Shown here in pieces: positions 38,401-50,870 of a stretch of DNA of 64,000 bases (within the stretch, counting starts at the first letter, position 1; each line of letters opens with the position of its first letter). Made by a program: the position numbers and the translations under genes. Under the pieces are notes generated by a model. The model did no database searches. It was given only the letters and a program-made list of their open reading frames with translations, and was not told the origin of the DNA. This DNA comes from Yuukianura sp. NJ FZ-2021 (Eukaryota). Location of the stretch: NCBI GenBank assembly GCA_046563655.1, contig CM102289.1, forward strand, positions 2,232,001-2,296,000. The letters run 5' to 3'.

Positions 38401-39085
38401 AACGGTACTCAAAAGTAACTTTGGTCTTGAGTGCGTCAGAAATACCGGTTGGACCGGGACCGTCGATACCGAATGGACTGGAGTTACTGCTAGATGCATA
38501 ACAATTGTTGCAGCAATCGTCACGATCACTCAAGCATTTTGTGTTATCGTCAAATTTCATACAATAGTACTTGTCGTCATTTTCCTAAATAATGCTTTGA
38601 TAGCCTGGTTGTCTCCAGAACTTCTCAAGAAAAAACTTCAACAGAATTATTTGACTACAAACTGCCTAACTCAAATCTACTCCAACGTGTACATTTTGCT
38701 TAACCTTTTTAATGACTATATAATGCTTATTTTTGCTTCTGTGGTTGTCATGGGCAGTGCTCTTGGCGTAATTTTCTATGCTGTTGCTTTAAATACCGGT
38801 ATGTCAATTCTGCTACCGGCTCTCTTGGTTGTTGCAATTATTGCGCATGGGGTTGTGCACATATTTGTGTTACAAGCTGCTCAAGTCTATACGTCCTCAT
38901 TAGACTACATTTTTCTTTTGAAAACGAATCAAAGGAACAGTGAAGCCGACGACAGAAGGGTCAAGGCTTTGCTGCCATGCTGCGTCAAAGTTGGACCCTG
39001 GAATCGCGTGGACCGTGAAATGGTGTCCACCGTCAATTACAAGATTATGGACTTTACAATTTCACTGGTTCTGTCATTCAAATGA
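35489..39085 (+). CDS. GR-like paralogue E; probable exons 35489-35861 and 38250-39085 (402 aa) across a 2.4 kb transposon-filled intron
   Basis: Both parts are open and paralogous to A-D. The ancestral donor (CTAG|GTAA) is missing. A phase-1 G|GTGAGA donor at 35862 would restore frame. Confidence 0.6.
35872..37160 (+). mobile_element. Truncated, intron-containing IS630/Tc1-mariner transposase remnant (possibly Sailor/DD82E type)
   Basis: Fragments SRTTLWRVVREIGFKFKK and FVFLDETWINKN...KGHRLIVTHAGGEEGFV...DYH. The reading stops before the second catalytic Asp. No second TIR found. Confidence 0.75.
37633..37871. mobile_element. 239 bp MITE with 8 bp TSD (P-element or hAT type)
   Basis: AAAAGGCC|CAAGGTTGCTATAGC...GCTATAGCAACCTTG|AAAAGGCC. 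Confidence 0.85.
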
Positions 39086-39175
39086 AAATTTGACACATGG
39101 CACAAAAAATGCGTGAGTTACTGAACCTCTTATACCCAAAATACCAAGGTTCATTGACAACCGAATCGTACTTCC

Positions 39176-39407
39176 TACAACAGGTTGTCTAATAACTCGG
39201 GATTTTTCAAAAATCTTGCTTCAAACAATTTTTCCTTCATTTTTCCTCCAATTTTGCTTGTATTCTATTTTCCTCCAGTTTCTTTTCGAACTAAATCGCA
39301 TAGGAATATAAAAAAAAGTAGACAAAAGTCAAGAAGTTTAAGCGGTTTCACTTTTCAAAGTTTTTGCACAAAATTAAAACACTAGGGTTATTGGACAACC
39401 TGTGTAG
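39176..39407. mobile_element. Small MITE related to 13853-14024
   Basis: TACAACAGGTTGTCTAATAACTC...GGGTTATTGGACAACCTGTGTAG. Confidence 0.65.
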
Positions 39408-39461
39408 AAAAAAATGTTTTTTTTTTGTTTACGAACCTTCCTGAATACGACTATAGTCATA

Positions 39462-40631
39462 CCGTATTTTCCCAAATAGTACACCTGGTGTACTAATTTT
39501 GTTTTCGACTTCTGGGGGTGGTGTACTATTAGGGACCTGGTGTATTATTAGAGACGGTGTACTAATTAATTTTTTAAGAATGAGGATTTTATTCTTAACT
39601 AAAACGTTTAGGAATCAGGAGAAAATAATTTCTAAATTACTAAAAACTACTCCACTTCGTTTTCAGAATCAGTATCCACAGTGTCCAACTCGTATTCTTC
39701 TTCTCCACTTGAGTCAATTAACACAGTCACAGGTCAGATCATCGTTCATCCAACCATTTGAACTGCTACGAATTACGATCCCAGTTTCAGTTTGAAGCTT
39801 CGCTACCTCTCGAATTCCCTGTTTGAAAACGATGAATGGTTTCAGCTTTGTTCCGTCACCTTTGGCCGCTAGAACAAGCGTAGCGTGTGCCTTCTCATTT
39901 CCAGTCGACTTTAGTTGAACAGTTTTAGATCCAATTGGAGCAATTGTTGTGTTGCTCAGCATGTCGAACAACAGACTGGTTTCGTCCATTGCAATAATTT
40001 GTGATGGTTCGATCTTCGTTCTGTTTCCGTTATCCAATCCGTAATCCAGTAAAAGAGTGAATCATCCAACTCAGGGATCAATCGTTTCCGTCCACCGCCG
40101 ATCAACCTTTTGTGTTTGACCTTGGATGATTTCACGTTTGACACTATAAACAAAATACTGTTTCAGTACGAACGTAATAATGAGGAAAAATTTTTTATTT
40201 ACAATAATTACTCACCTAAAGCATTTTCCTTTCTAATCCATGTCCGAATACTCTGTCGATCAATGTTGTATTCTTTAGCAGCTGCAGAAATTCATTTATC
40301 CTTGGCCAATTTCAACACTTTCAATTTGAACTCCAGGTCAAATGATCTTCTTTTTTGTTGGGAGACATTTTAAGTAAGAATACGAATTTTAAGTAAAACA
40401 ATTCGGAGAGAAGTTACGTGGAGATAAACACAATACTACACAACAAATGAAGAGCTATAATATTAGCTCAACTAACTTCTCCGGGTGTTATACTCCTAAT
40501 GCTATATTACCAAAGACCCTGGTGTACTATTTGGGACGGTGTACTAATTAATTTTTCGGCCCCTGGACCTGGTGTACTATTAGGGACCTGGTGTACTATT
40601 TAGGTATGGTGTACTATTAGGGAAAATACGG
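39462..40631 (-). mobile_element. Internally deleted pogo-family transposon
   Basis: TA|CCGTATTTTCCC...GGGAAAATACGG|TA with GGTGTACTA subterminal repeats. Remnants RRSFDLEFKLKV (followed by a stop), GGGRK, and IAMDETSLLFDM...KSTGNEK...DGTKLKPFIVFK...NGWM. Confidence 0.92.
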
Positions 40632-41603
40632 TAGAGTAGTGAAAGGGATTCTCGTTGGTTTTTTTCGTATTATTCACATTACATAATTAATTACTAGCAT
40701 GTTAATCAATCCATCAATTTTGTGGCGTTTTTTTTGTCATTATGTTTGATGCAATTAAATTAGTGAGCTACTCTTCCATCGACGGTTTTATTACATGCAT
40801 ACTTGATTGCTTTTAATTTAAGCAAAGGTCAAACCATCTTCTCGGTTTTTTGTAAGCCAGAACTGGTTATGATTTAATAGGTGCAGCTGGAGGTAGTGGA
40901 ACACACAAAGACTAATAAGATATTCGAATTCAAATTCGCCGCGCTTACAGGTCATTTCACTTCTCCACAATAGCGCTTCAGGAGAGACGTCAGCTGTGCG
41001 CTTCCATTAGGAGCGTCGCGCTGAATTGGACATTTACGGTATGTATCTTCTTTTTGAATGACAACGTTCGCTGTAATACGACTTTCTATGCAATTCCACT
41101 TTCGTTAGAATTTGACTTTCGTTGTTGGACTTTTGTTTTAATTCCCTTTGGGGCAACTCAATTTTCGTAGAAGTTTTTTCGTGGAAATTCAGTCAGAGAA
41201 ATTCGCTTCGTTGTAATTCATTGGAAGAAATGGCATGAAACAATTCTTTTCAACAATTCAATTTTTCTATGAAATGGAAAGAAATAGACTGTATAAGTTT
41301 ATATGTCCTGTCACGTTGTTCTAAAAAAAATACCATGGTTTGTAATAGTCTTCTTCAGTTTCTAACAAAAGCAAACCTAAAAGTCGTATTTGCAATGACA
41401 CGCATACGAAAACATTATTATAATTAGTATGAAAGCTTAGAATTTTTTTTTTGAAAATGATTCCTGGTTATCTGTAGCAGTGCTATAATAGCACTTCTCT
41501 AAAATATTTCAACTAATTCTAATTTCGAAGAAAAAACAAGACTGCACGTTCTAGTAAGAGTTGGCATTACTTGTTGTAGTTTGAACGGAAGGACGAAAAC
41601 GAC

Positions 41604-44144
41604 ATGAGCAATAAAAGGGTGCTCATGGCGATAGCGTTTGGGAGCATCCTGCTATGTCACTTCCGTGTCAAGTGTGAGAGGCTTCGAATGTTTGCTGAAA
41701 TTGATAAATTTTTGAAAGAATTCGAACAATATACAATTACATTATTGTTTAAGTCATCAAGCACAGTTATACCACAAATTACTGTTGCACCAATCATGCT
41801 CTTTGACGGATCAATTGTTTCTCGTTCTGCAAGTTCGGGGTTCAGACGGCGCTCGTTTTTTGATAATGTGCTGTTCTACTACTTTCCTGACTTGATTCCG
41901 TATACCGCCAACCGTGTTAAGATATACGATGAAGGTCTGAATTCAGGAGAACATTTTTACACAGTTTTCGTGACAAAAAATGCAGCAAACATTGATCGAC
42001 TACAAATTTTTCCAAATTCTAGACCCGTGTCAAGAGAATTCCTTGTTTTTGAAGTCAGTTTATTTAAAATTGAATACGAAATGGAAATCTTCGTTTTGCA
42101 AACAGTGGTTGGTACAGTACAGACTATAGACTTGAAATGGCCTTGGCCAAGGTTTCTGCGTTTACAAAACATGCCAAAGTGTACGCGAATTTCGAATTTT
42201 AGCTGTCGACAACTGCTTCACTACAACCAAACACCATACCCACTTCGCCCTGGCCTTCTAGTTATATATGGAACAAATTGGGGTAAAAATGCGAATGGTG
42301 ACTCGTCGTATCTATTTGTTAACCGTACAGTCCAGAGTAAAAGTGAATTCCACAGCGCTAAAAATTTGATTTGGCGGTACTTAAAAAAACCGTTCGTAAA
42401 GTATTTCGAAAATAGCAAACCAAACGAATTGCTGGTAATTACAATTTTGTCGCTTGAGTGGTTTGACATTTGGTTCTACGATCATGGCTCGAACATAGAT
42501 AAAAAGAGTCAAGATGCCTTGGAAATAGATCTGGCCAATTTTGCTAGGTTATTTCGACTTTTAGATGAAACTGGATTTGTAAGTAAGCCATATTCTCGAA
42601 GTCAATTTATAACTACAGGTGAGGAGTACATGAATTTTCTTACGTGCGACGGAGTTCATCAGCCACTAGCTTTTGAAATTTACATTAATCCATATGACAT
42701 GTATTCTTGGATATGTTTTTTTGTTGTGATTCTTATTGTACTACCAGTTACTGTACTAATTATTGTAGTATTTACTTTTGAAGATGGCACAGTGCAGATA
42801 AAAAGTTTGACACGCATCTTGCTAGATACTGTTAGCTTTACCGTTTCAGTTGATCTGGAAATCAGCCCATCAGATGTGAATCAGCTCAACAAATTTCCTG
42901 CAATACAGCGGAAAACAGTGTTTATACTGGGCATTTGGACGCTACTTTCAGTTGTGCTGGTCAATGCATACAAAGGTGTTGTAACCTCTGATCTAGTTGC
43001 AGATAGCCCAATCACAGGCAAGTATTCCAAGATCTCACAAACGGAAAGTTTTGAATTTTATTCCGCCGAAAAATTTACGTCTACGTTGAAATCTTGGGCA
43101 AAATCAGGGGGTGCAAAAGACGTTGGTTACAAAGTATTGGACGTGAGTATCCTCCACGGCTGTTTGTGCTACCCTGACATTCCTGTAGTTGCGGGACTGC
43201 TTTGTCATAGTTTACTTTCTGGAATGGGGGGTCCTTGGCATGAAAAGTGTGAAGAGGCCTTTAGTTCACTAAACGAAATGAACTTCAGTACATACCCGAC
43301 TCCAACTCCAGAATTTTGTTCGTTTCAGCACGGCAGGCAATACGTGGAAAAGGCAACACTGCTATACAGGGAAGAAAAGAGAATTGACCGCTCAATCTTG
43401 CGCAAACTTCAGGTCCACGGTGGCGGGTGTAACATAATTCAAGCCATCAGCAAAACAAATCACACGATTCATAGTAGTATTTCTCCCTTTCCAATTACAA
43501 ACACGGCCTATCAAATACAAAAGGCAACTTCTTACCTTTACACTAAACTTGAAAAAATGGAAAAGCTAGTCGACAGTATGTCCGGTTGTAATAAGACGGC
43601 CTACATTGATTCCGATGTTAACCTGGAGTACATGTTATTAGTTGCCAAGAACAACTCTAAAATTCGACACAAAGTTGCAAAAGAGCGCTTGTTTTACAAA
43701 TGGAAAGGGATTTTGATACGTTTTGATAGTGTGGTAAAAATATACCAGTACAAAAGGCTACTTCATCTCACTGCGCATGGGATTTACCACATTTGGGAAA
43801 AATGGCGCCAAATGTTGTCACCTTCGGAGGAACAAATAGCCGTTGCACGGGCAACAAATTTGCGTGGAAATGTGGAAGTAAATAAACTGTCATTGGAGAC
43901 ACAAGGATTAAAAACTATTTTTATTGTATGCTCTTTAAGTATCAGTTGTTGTATTGTCATTTTGGCAATTGAAGTAGTTGTAGGATACTTAACTAATATA
44001 CTAGATTCCTTTTGTTTCATTGGAGTTTGGTTGAGAATGTTGGTAAATTGTTTTCTAAAATGTACCGAGGAGCGAATGATGAACATGAAGATTCGGCTTA
44101 CCAAAATTAAAACTCGTCGTTCGAAACATTCAAATTCAATATAA
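41604..44144 (+). CDS. Intronless divergent ionotropic-receptor (iGluR/IR)-like protein 1, 846 aa
   Basis: Signal peptide; NFLTCDG..PYD before M1; M3-like WTLLSVVLVNAYKGVVTSDL; GIYHIW; M4 LKTIFIVCSLSI. Confidence 0.8.
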   Translation: MSNKRVLMAIAFGSILLCHFRVKCERLRMFAEIDKFLKEFEQYTITLLFKSSSTVIPQITVAPIMLFDGSIVSRSASSGFRRRSFFDNVLFYYFPDLIPYTANRVKIYDEGLNSGEHFYTVFVTKNAANIDRLQIFPNSRPVSREFLVFEVSLFKIEYEMEIFVLQTVVGTVQTIDLKWPWPRFLRLQNMPKCTRISNFSCRQLLHYNQTPYPLRPGLLVIYGTNWGKNANGDSSYLFVNRTVQSKSEFHSAKNLIWRYLKKPFVKYFENSKPNELLVITILSLEWFDIWFYDHGSNIDKKSQDALEIDLANFARLFRLLDETGFVSKPYSRSQFITTGEEYMNFLTCDGVHQPLAFEIYINPYDMYSWICFFVVILIVLPVTVLIIVVFTFEDGTVQIKSLTRILLDTVSFTVSVDLEISPSDVNQLNKFPAIQRKTVFILGIWTLLSVVLVNAYKGVVTSDLVADSPITGKYSKISQTESFEFYSAEKFTSTLKSWAKSGGAKDVGYKVLDVSILHGCLCYPDIPVVAGLLCHSLLSGMGGPWHEKCEEAFSSLNEMNFSTYPTPTPEFCSFQHGRQYVEKATLLYREEKRIDRSILRKLQVHGGGCNIIQAISKTNHTIHSSISPFPITNTAYQIQKATSYLYTKLEKMEKLVDSMSGCNKTAYIDSDVNLEYMLLVAKNNSKIRHKVAKERLFYKWKGILIRFDSVVKIYQYKRLLHLTAHGIYHIWEKWRQMLSPSEEQIAVARATNLRGNVEVNKLSLETQGLKTIFIVCSLSISCCIVILAIEVVVGYLTNILDSFCFIGVWLRMLVNCFLKCTEERMMNMKIRLTKIKTRRSKHSNSI

Positions 44145-44931
44145 ATATACTTCTTTTTAAATCGACCGACGCATTAGTAAAATCTAGTAAAATATAATTG
44201 TAAATACTTAACAACTTAATAAAAACTTAATAAATTTTTTTGTCACAATCCAGTTAACAACGTTAAGTTTAATATAACGCCAAAATTATTCCAAACATCA
44301 AAATCAGTTAAGTTCACTTTTATACTGAAATGGAACTTTAAACTTAAAAGCACAACAAACTTACGTCCGTGAAAAAAAACTCGCTAAAGCTATATTGCTT
44401 ATCTTATTTAAAAGCACTTTTAAGCGGTTAAGAAATGAAAGTATATGCTTCATGGCTTTAAGTTTTTTAATACAAGGCGCTTTGTGCCGTTTGTAAAAGT
44501 TCGTCTTTGTTATGAGTTTATAATTACAAAGTCATGTCAAAACAGCCTCACAACATTCATAACTTTACGACACGATTACTAAAGAAAATTACATCCATAA
44601 TACTTGCGTTTGGGCTCACAATCGTGTTTAAATTCTTAAAAACTCGCCTTTTTCTAGAATATCAACGCTTCAAAAAAATAATATAATTACATTTTTTAAT
44701 AACTTGCTTCAGTTTTTAAGCAAAGTCGAAAAGTCGAATTTGACACAACACGCCATATCGAGAAATAATTTTAATTAGTCTCAAAGGTTTGAACTTTTGT
44801 TTGAAAACGATATATCTGTTGTCTTTGTAGCAAAACTCTAAAAATATTTGAATTAATTGTAGTTTTCTTTTCACACTGGAAGGCAGGTACTAATACTTTC
44901 ATTATTTCTGCAATTTGAAAGCAACAACGAC

Positions 44932-47355
44932 ATGAGGAATACGATGGTGCATAAAACGATAGTGTTAGGCTGTGCCATGTTGTGTCACTTCGGTCTCAAG
45001 TGTGAGAGGATTCGAACGTTTGCTGAAATTGATAAATTCCTGAAAGATTTCGAACACTACACAATTACATTACTGTTTAAGTCATCAAACACAGCTATAC
45101 CACAAATTACTGTTGCACCCATCATGCTTTTTGACGAATCAATTGTCACTAGTTCTGTGGGCTCTGGGCGAGCTTGTTTTGAAAATGTGCTATTCTACTA
45201 CTTTCCTGACTTGATTCCGTATACTGCCAACCGTGTATACAATGAAAATCTGAATTCTGGAGAATATTTCTACACTGTATTTGTGACAACAAATGCTGCA
45301 TATATTGATCGACTTGAGATATTTCCAGGGTCAATATATAGTAAACCCGTGTCAACGGTGTTTCTTGTTTTCGAAGTAAGTTTACTTCAAATTGAAAGCC
45401 AAATGGAAGTCTACGTTTTGCAAACTGTAGTCAGTACTGTACAGACTATTGATATGGACAAGCCGTGGCCAAGGTTTTTGCGTTTACAAAACATGCCAAA
45501 CTGTTCAAGAATTTCAAATTTCAGTTGTCGCAATCGGCTCCACCACAAAGAAACACCATACCCACTGCGCCCTGGATTACTTGTTATAGGAGGCGCTGGT
45601 TGGCGCAATGATAAAAACGGAGACTCTTCATACCTATTTGTTAACCGCGCTGTACAGAATGACAGTGGATTTCACAGCGCTAAAACTTTGATTTCGCGGT
45701 ACTTAAAGAACCCGTTTGTAAAGTATTTCCCAAAGCACCAGTCCAACGAATTGCTGTTAATTACAGCTTTGTCGCTGGAATGGTTTGATATTTGGTTTTA
45801 CAATTACGGCTCAAACATAGCTGGAAAAAGTCAAGATGCCTTGGGAATAGCTTTGGCGAATTTTGCAATGCTGTTTGAACTTTTAGATGAAACTGGATTT
45901 GTAATTCAGTTTCCATATAGTACCCAATTTATAACCACTGGTGAGGAGTACATGAATTTTCTTACATGCGACGGAGTTCACCAACCACTAGCTTTTGAAA
46001 TTTACATCAATCCGTATGACATGTATTCTTGGATTTGTTTTTTCGTTGTGATTCTTATTGTACTGCCAGTTACTGTATTAATTATAGTAGTATTTACTTT
46101 TGAAGATGACACAGTGCAGATAAAAAGTTTGACACGCATCTTGTTAGATACTGTTAGTTTTACTGTTTCAGTTGATCTGGAAATCAGCCCATCAAATGTT
46201 AATCAGCTCAAAAAATTTCCTACAATACAACGGAAAACAGTGTTTATACTGGGCATTTGGACGCTACTTTCAGTAGTACTGGTCAATGCATACAAAGGTG
46301 TTGTAACCTCTGATCTAGTAGCAGATAGCCCAATCACAGGGAAATATTTCAGGATCTCACAAACGGAGAGTTTTGAATTCTATTCCCACAAAAAATTTAC
46401 GTCCAAATTGAAATATTGGGGAGAGTTTGGAGATGCAGAGGCCGTTGGTTACAAAGTATTGGACGTGAGTATTCTCCATGGCTGTTTGTGCTACCCTGAC
46501 ATTCCTTTGTTTGCAGCACAACTTTGTCATAGTTTTCTTCCTGGAGTGGGACGTCCTTTCGAGGAAAAGTGTGACCAGGCCCTTAGTTTACTAAAGGAAA
46601 TGAATTTCAGTACATTTCCGACTCCAACGCCAGAATTCTGCTCGTTCCGTCTCGCAACGAAATCCGTCGACGCAGCAGCACAGCTTTTCAAGGAACATAA
46701 CATAATTGATCTCACAAACATTAAGGATCTCGATTTAATCCGTGGCGGACTACGTGGAGGTTGTAATATAATTCAAGCCATCAGCAAAACAAATCAAACG
46801 AATCAAACGATTTCACCCTTTCCAATTACAACCAAGGCTTACCAAATACAAAAAGCAACATTTTTGTACTACAGTAAAACTCAGAGCTTCAAAAGGCTAC
46901 TTGACAATATATCTGGATGTAACAAGACGGCTTACATTAATTCCAATGTTAACCTGGACTTTATGTTATTAGTTGCAAAGAATTTTTCTAAAATACGCTA
47001 CAAACCAGCCGAAGAACGTTTGTTTTATACATGGAAAGGGATTTCACTACGCGTCAAGAGCGTGGTTCATGTTTACCAGTACAAAAGGCTACTACATCTC
47101 ATGGCGCATGGGATTTACCACATTTGGGAAAAATGGCGCCAAATGTTGTCACCTTCGGAGGAACAAATAGCCGTTGCACGGGCAACAAATTTGCGTGGAA
47201 ATGTGGAAGTTAATAAACTGTCATTGGAGACACAAGGATTGAAAACAATTTTTATTGTATGCTCTTTAAGTATCAGTTGCTGTATTCTTATTTTAGCAAT
47301 TGAACTAGTTATAGGATACTCAACTAAATATAGGAGATTTCTTTTGTTTTATTAG
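44932..47355 (+). CDS. IR-like protein 2, 807 aa; tail shortened by a +1 frameshift after M4
   Basis: Paralogue of IR1. The homologous tail (DFFCFIRVWLRIFVN) continues in another frame after about 47325. Confidence 0.8.
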   Translation: MRNTMVHKTIVLGCAMLCHFGLKCERIRTFAEIDKFLKDFEHYTITLLFKSSNTAIPQITVAPIMLFDESIVTSSVGSGRACFENVLFYYFPDLIPYTANRVYNENLNSGEYFYTVFVTTNAAYIDRLEIFPGSIYSKPVSTVFLVFEVSLLQIESQMEVYVLQTVVSTVQTIDMDKPWPRFLRLQNMPNCSRISNFSCRNRLHHKETPYPLRPGLLVIGGAGWRNDKNGDSSYLFVNRAVQNDSGFHSAKTLISRYLKNPFVKYFPKHQSNELLLITALSLEWFDIWFYNYGSNIAGKSQDALGIALANFAMLFELLDETGFVIQFPYSTQFITTGEEYMNFLTCDGVHQPLAFEIYINPYDMYSWICFFVVILIVLPVTVLIIVVFTFEDDTVQIKSLTRILLDTVSFTVSVDLEISPSNVNQLKKFPTIQRKTVFILGIWTLLSVVLVNAYKGVVTSDLVADSPITGKYFRISQTESFEFYSHKKFTSKLKYWGEFGDAEAVGYKVLDVSILHGCLCYPDIPLFAAQLCHSFLPGVGRPFEEKCDQALSLLKEMNFSTFPTPTPEFCSFRLATKSVDAAAQLFKEHNIIDLTNIKDLDLIRGGLRGGCNIIQAISKTNQTNQTISPFPITTKAYQIQKATFLYYSKTQSFKRLLDNISGCNKTAYINSNVNLDFMLLVAKNFSKIRYKPAEERLFYTWKGISLRVKSVVHVYQYKRLLHLMAHGIYHIWEKWRQMLSPSEEQIAVARATNLRGNVEVNKLSLETQGLKTIFIVCSLSISCCILILAIELVIGYSTKYRRFLLFY

Positions 47356-48325
47356 GGTTTGGCTAAGAATATTTGTAAACACTTTTCTAACATGCACCGA
47401 AAAACGAATGATATGAGCATGAAGATTTCACTTACACAAATTAAAAATTGGTATTCAAAAAATTCAACCTAACAAACACTTTCTGAACCTACCGACACAC
47501 TAATTTTGATTTTGCAAATAACACATTTACAACTTGATTTTGCACAGAACACACCGATACAATACTATGCTATTGTGAAATTAGTACGATGAAATTACTG
47601 CGAAATAATTGCAGTATCTTGCCAACCAAATATTTTTTTGTTGTAATGTAAGCCGGAAGAATTAGGTTTAAATTAATCCCAAAATTATGCCAAAAATCAG
47701 TTACGCTGAATTTTTATATCAAAATAGAATTTTAAACATATTAAAAACACAACAAACTTAAGTCAGTGAAAAAATTACTTCGTTAAACCAGTATTTTTCT
47801 TATTTAGAAGGACTTTTAAGTGTTTAAAAAATGAAAGCACGTCATTCTTCATACCGTTAAGTTTTTTCATAAAAGGCGCTTTGTCATGCTCGTGTAAAGT
47901 TTGTACTTCATGACTTTTTCATTACTTCGTGTCAAAACAGCTTCACTACATTCATAACTTTACAACACGATATACGGAACAGACTAAATCCGCAATACTT
48001 GCTTTTCGCCTTGATTCGTGTTTAAATTCGTAGAAACTCCTTTTTCCATGGACGTCAAAGCTACAAGAAATAATATGAGAACATATTTAATAAACTTCTT
48101 CAGTTTCTAAGCCAAGTCGAAAAGTCGAATTTGACAAAACACGCCAATACAAAGACATGAGTTTAATCAGTCTTAAAGCTTTGGAGTTTTTTGAAAACGA
48201 TTCCTGTTGTGTTTTCAGCAATACTCTAAAAATATTTGAATCACTCGTAATTTCACTTTCACACTGCAAGGTAGGTACTAAATAGTTGGCATTATTTTCT
48301 GCAATAATTGGAAATCAACAACGCG

Positions 48326-50870
48326 ATGCGCAAAACAATGGTTCTTAAACTGATAGTATTAAGCAGTATGCTGTTATATCATTTTCATGTCAAATGTGAG
48401 ACGATTCGAATTTTCACCGAAATTGATGAATGTTTGAAAGATTTCGAACAGTATACAATTACGTTACTGTTTAAGTCATCAAGCACAATTATACCACAAA
48501 TAGCTGTTGCGCCCATTATGCTCTTTGATAGTTCAATTTTTGCTACTTCTGCGAGTTCTGGGCGCAGAAGGCGATCATTTTTTGACAATGTGCTGTTCTA
48601 CTACTTTCCCGATTTGATTCCGTATACTGCCAACCGTGTTGCGATATACGACGAAAATCTGAATTCTGGAGAACATTTCTATACAGTTTTTGTGACAAAA
48701 ACTGCTGCACACGTTGATCGACTTCAAATTTTTCAATGGTCAGATAGGCCTCTGTCAAGGGTGTTCCTTGTGTTTGAAGTAAGTTTACTTCAAATTGAAC
48801 ACGAATTGGAAATTTACTTTTTGGAAACCGTAGTCGGTACAGTACAAACTATTGACATGAACAAGCTAGAGTTAAGGATTTTGCGTTTGCAAAATATGCC
48901 GAACTGTTCGCGAATTTCAAATTTCAGTTGTCGTAAACAACTCCATCACGACAAAACACCATACCCGCTCCGACATGGCTTCTTTGTAATAAATGGAGCA
49001 GATTGGGGTGCAAATGCAAAAGGAGACTCGTCGTATCTTTTCATTAACCGAGCTGTCCAGAATCATAGTCGTTTTCACAGCGCTAAAAATTTGATTTCGC
49101 GGTACTTGAAAAATCCTTTTGCAAAGTATTTTTCGAAGCAAATAAAGAACGAATTGCTGGTGATTACAGTTTTGTCGCTTGAGTGGTTTGATATTTGGTT
49201 CTACGATTATGGCTCAAGCATAGCTGAAAAGAGTCAAGATAGATTGGGAATAAGTCTTGCGCATTTTGCTAGGCAATTCCTACTTCTAGATGAAACTGGA
49301 TTTGTAGTTAATAAATATAATATTAGTACACAATTTATAATTACAGGTGACGAGTACATGAATTTTCTTACATGCGATGGAGTTCACCAGCCACTAGCTT
49401 TTGAAATTTACATTAATCCATATGACAAGTACTCTTGGATATTCTTTTTTGTTGTGATTCTTATTGTACTACCAGTTACTATATTAATCATAGTAGTATT
49501 TACTTTTGAAGATGACACTGTGCAGATAAAAAGTTTGACACGCATCTTGTTCGATACTGTTAGTTTTACTGTTTCAGTTGATCTGGAAATCGGTCCCTCT
49601 GATGTTAATCAGCTCACAAAATTTCCTACAATACAACGGAAAACTGTGTTTATACTGGGTATTTGGACGCTACTTTCAGTTGTACTGGTCAATGCATACA
49701 AAGGTGTTGTAACCTCTGATCTAGTAGCAGATAGCCCAATCACCGGCAAGTATTCCAGGGTCTCACAGACGGAGAGTTTCGAATTTTATTCCGCCCAAAA
49801 ATTTACGTCCAAATTGAAATCTTGGGCAAAATCTGGAGATGCAGAAGCCATTGGTTACAAAGTACTAGACGCGAGTATTCTCCACGGTTGTTTGTGCTAC
49901 CCTGACATTCCTGTACTTGCGGGACAGCTTTGTAAGAGTTTACTTTTTCGAGAGTCGTCGGATTCTTTGGGCGAACGGTGTGACAAAGCCTTTAGCTTAT
50001 TAAAGGAAATGAACATCAGTGCATATCCGACTCCAACTGCCGAGTTCTGTACGTTTCAACTCGCAACGCAAGATGTGGAAGCAGCAGCACAGTTTTACAG
50101 GAAACGCAAACGACTTGACCTCAAAGACGTCAAGAAATTTAAGTTCCACGGCGACTTTTGTCACATAATTCAAGCCATCAGTAAAACTAATCACACAATT
50201 CGTAGTAGTATCACCCTTTCCAATTACAACTAGCGCTTACCAAATACAAAAAGCAACATCTCACTACTACTATAAAGACACAAAAGAAATGGAAAGGCTA
50301 CTTAGCATTATTTCCAGTTGTAACAAGACGGCCTACATTGACTCCGATGTTAGCCTGGAGTACATATTATTAGCTGCAAAGAATCTATCTAAAATACGAT
50401 ACAAAATTGCTGAAGAACGGTTGTTTTACAAATGGAAAGGGCTTTCGATACGTGTCAATAGTGTGGTAAAAATATACCAGTACAAAAGGCTACTACATCT
50501 CATGGCGCATGGGATTTACCACATTTGGGAAAAGTGGCGCCAAATGTTGTCGCCTTCAGATGAAGAACAAGTTGTAACACGGGCTGTAAAATCGCGTGCG
50601 AATGTGGAAGTTAATAAGTTGACAGTGGAAACACAGGGATTGAAAACAATTTTTATCGTTTGTTCTTTAAGTATCAGTTGCTGTATTGTACTTTTAGCAA
50701 TTGAAATGGTCGTAGGATACTTAAGCAATATAACAAATTTCTTTTATTCTGTTGTACTTCGGCTGGAAATATTTAGAAACAGTTTTCTGAAATGTACCAA
50801 AGAGCGAACAACGAACATGAAGCCTCCAAAATTAAAAATCGTTGTTCCAAAAATTCGAAGTTGGAAATAA
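48326..50870 (+). pseudogene. IR-like 3 with a single 2 nt deletion near 50211
   Basis: AGTATCACCC versus ATTTCACC in paralogues. ORFs 48308-50233 and 50289-50870 are consecutive parts of one gene. An assembly error is possible. Confidence 0.7.
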
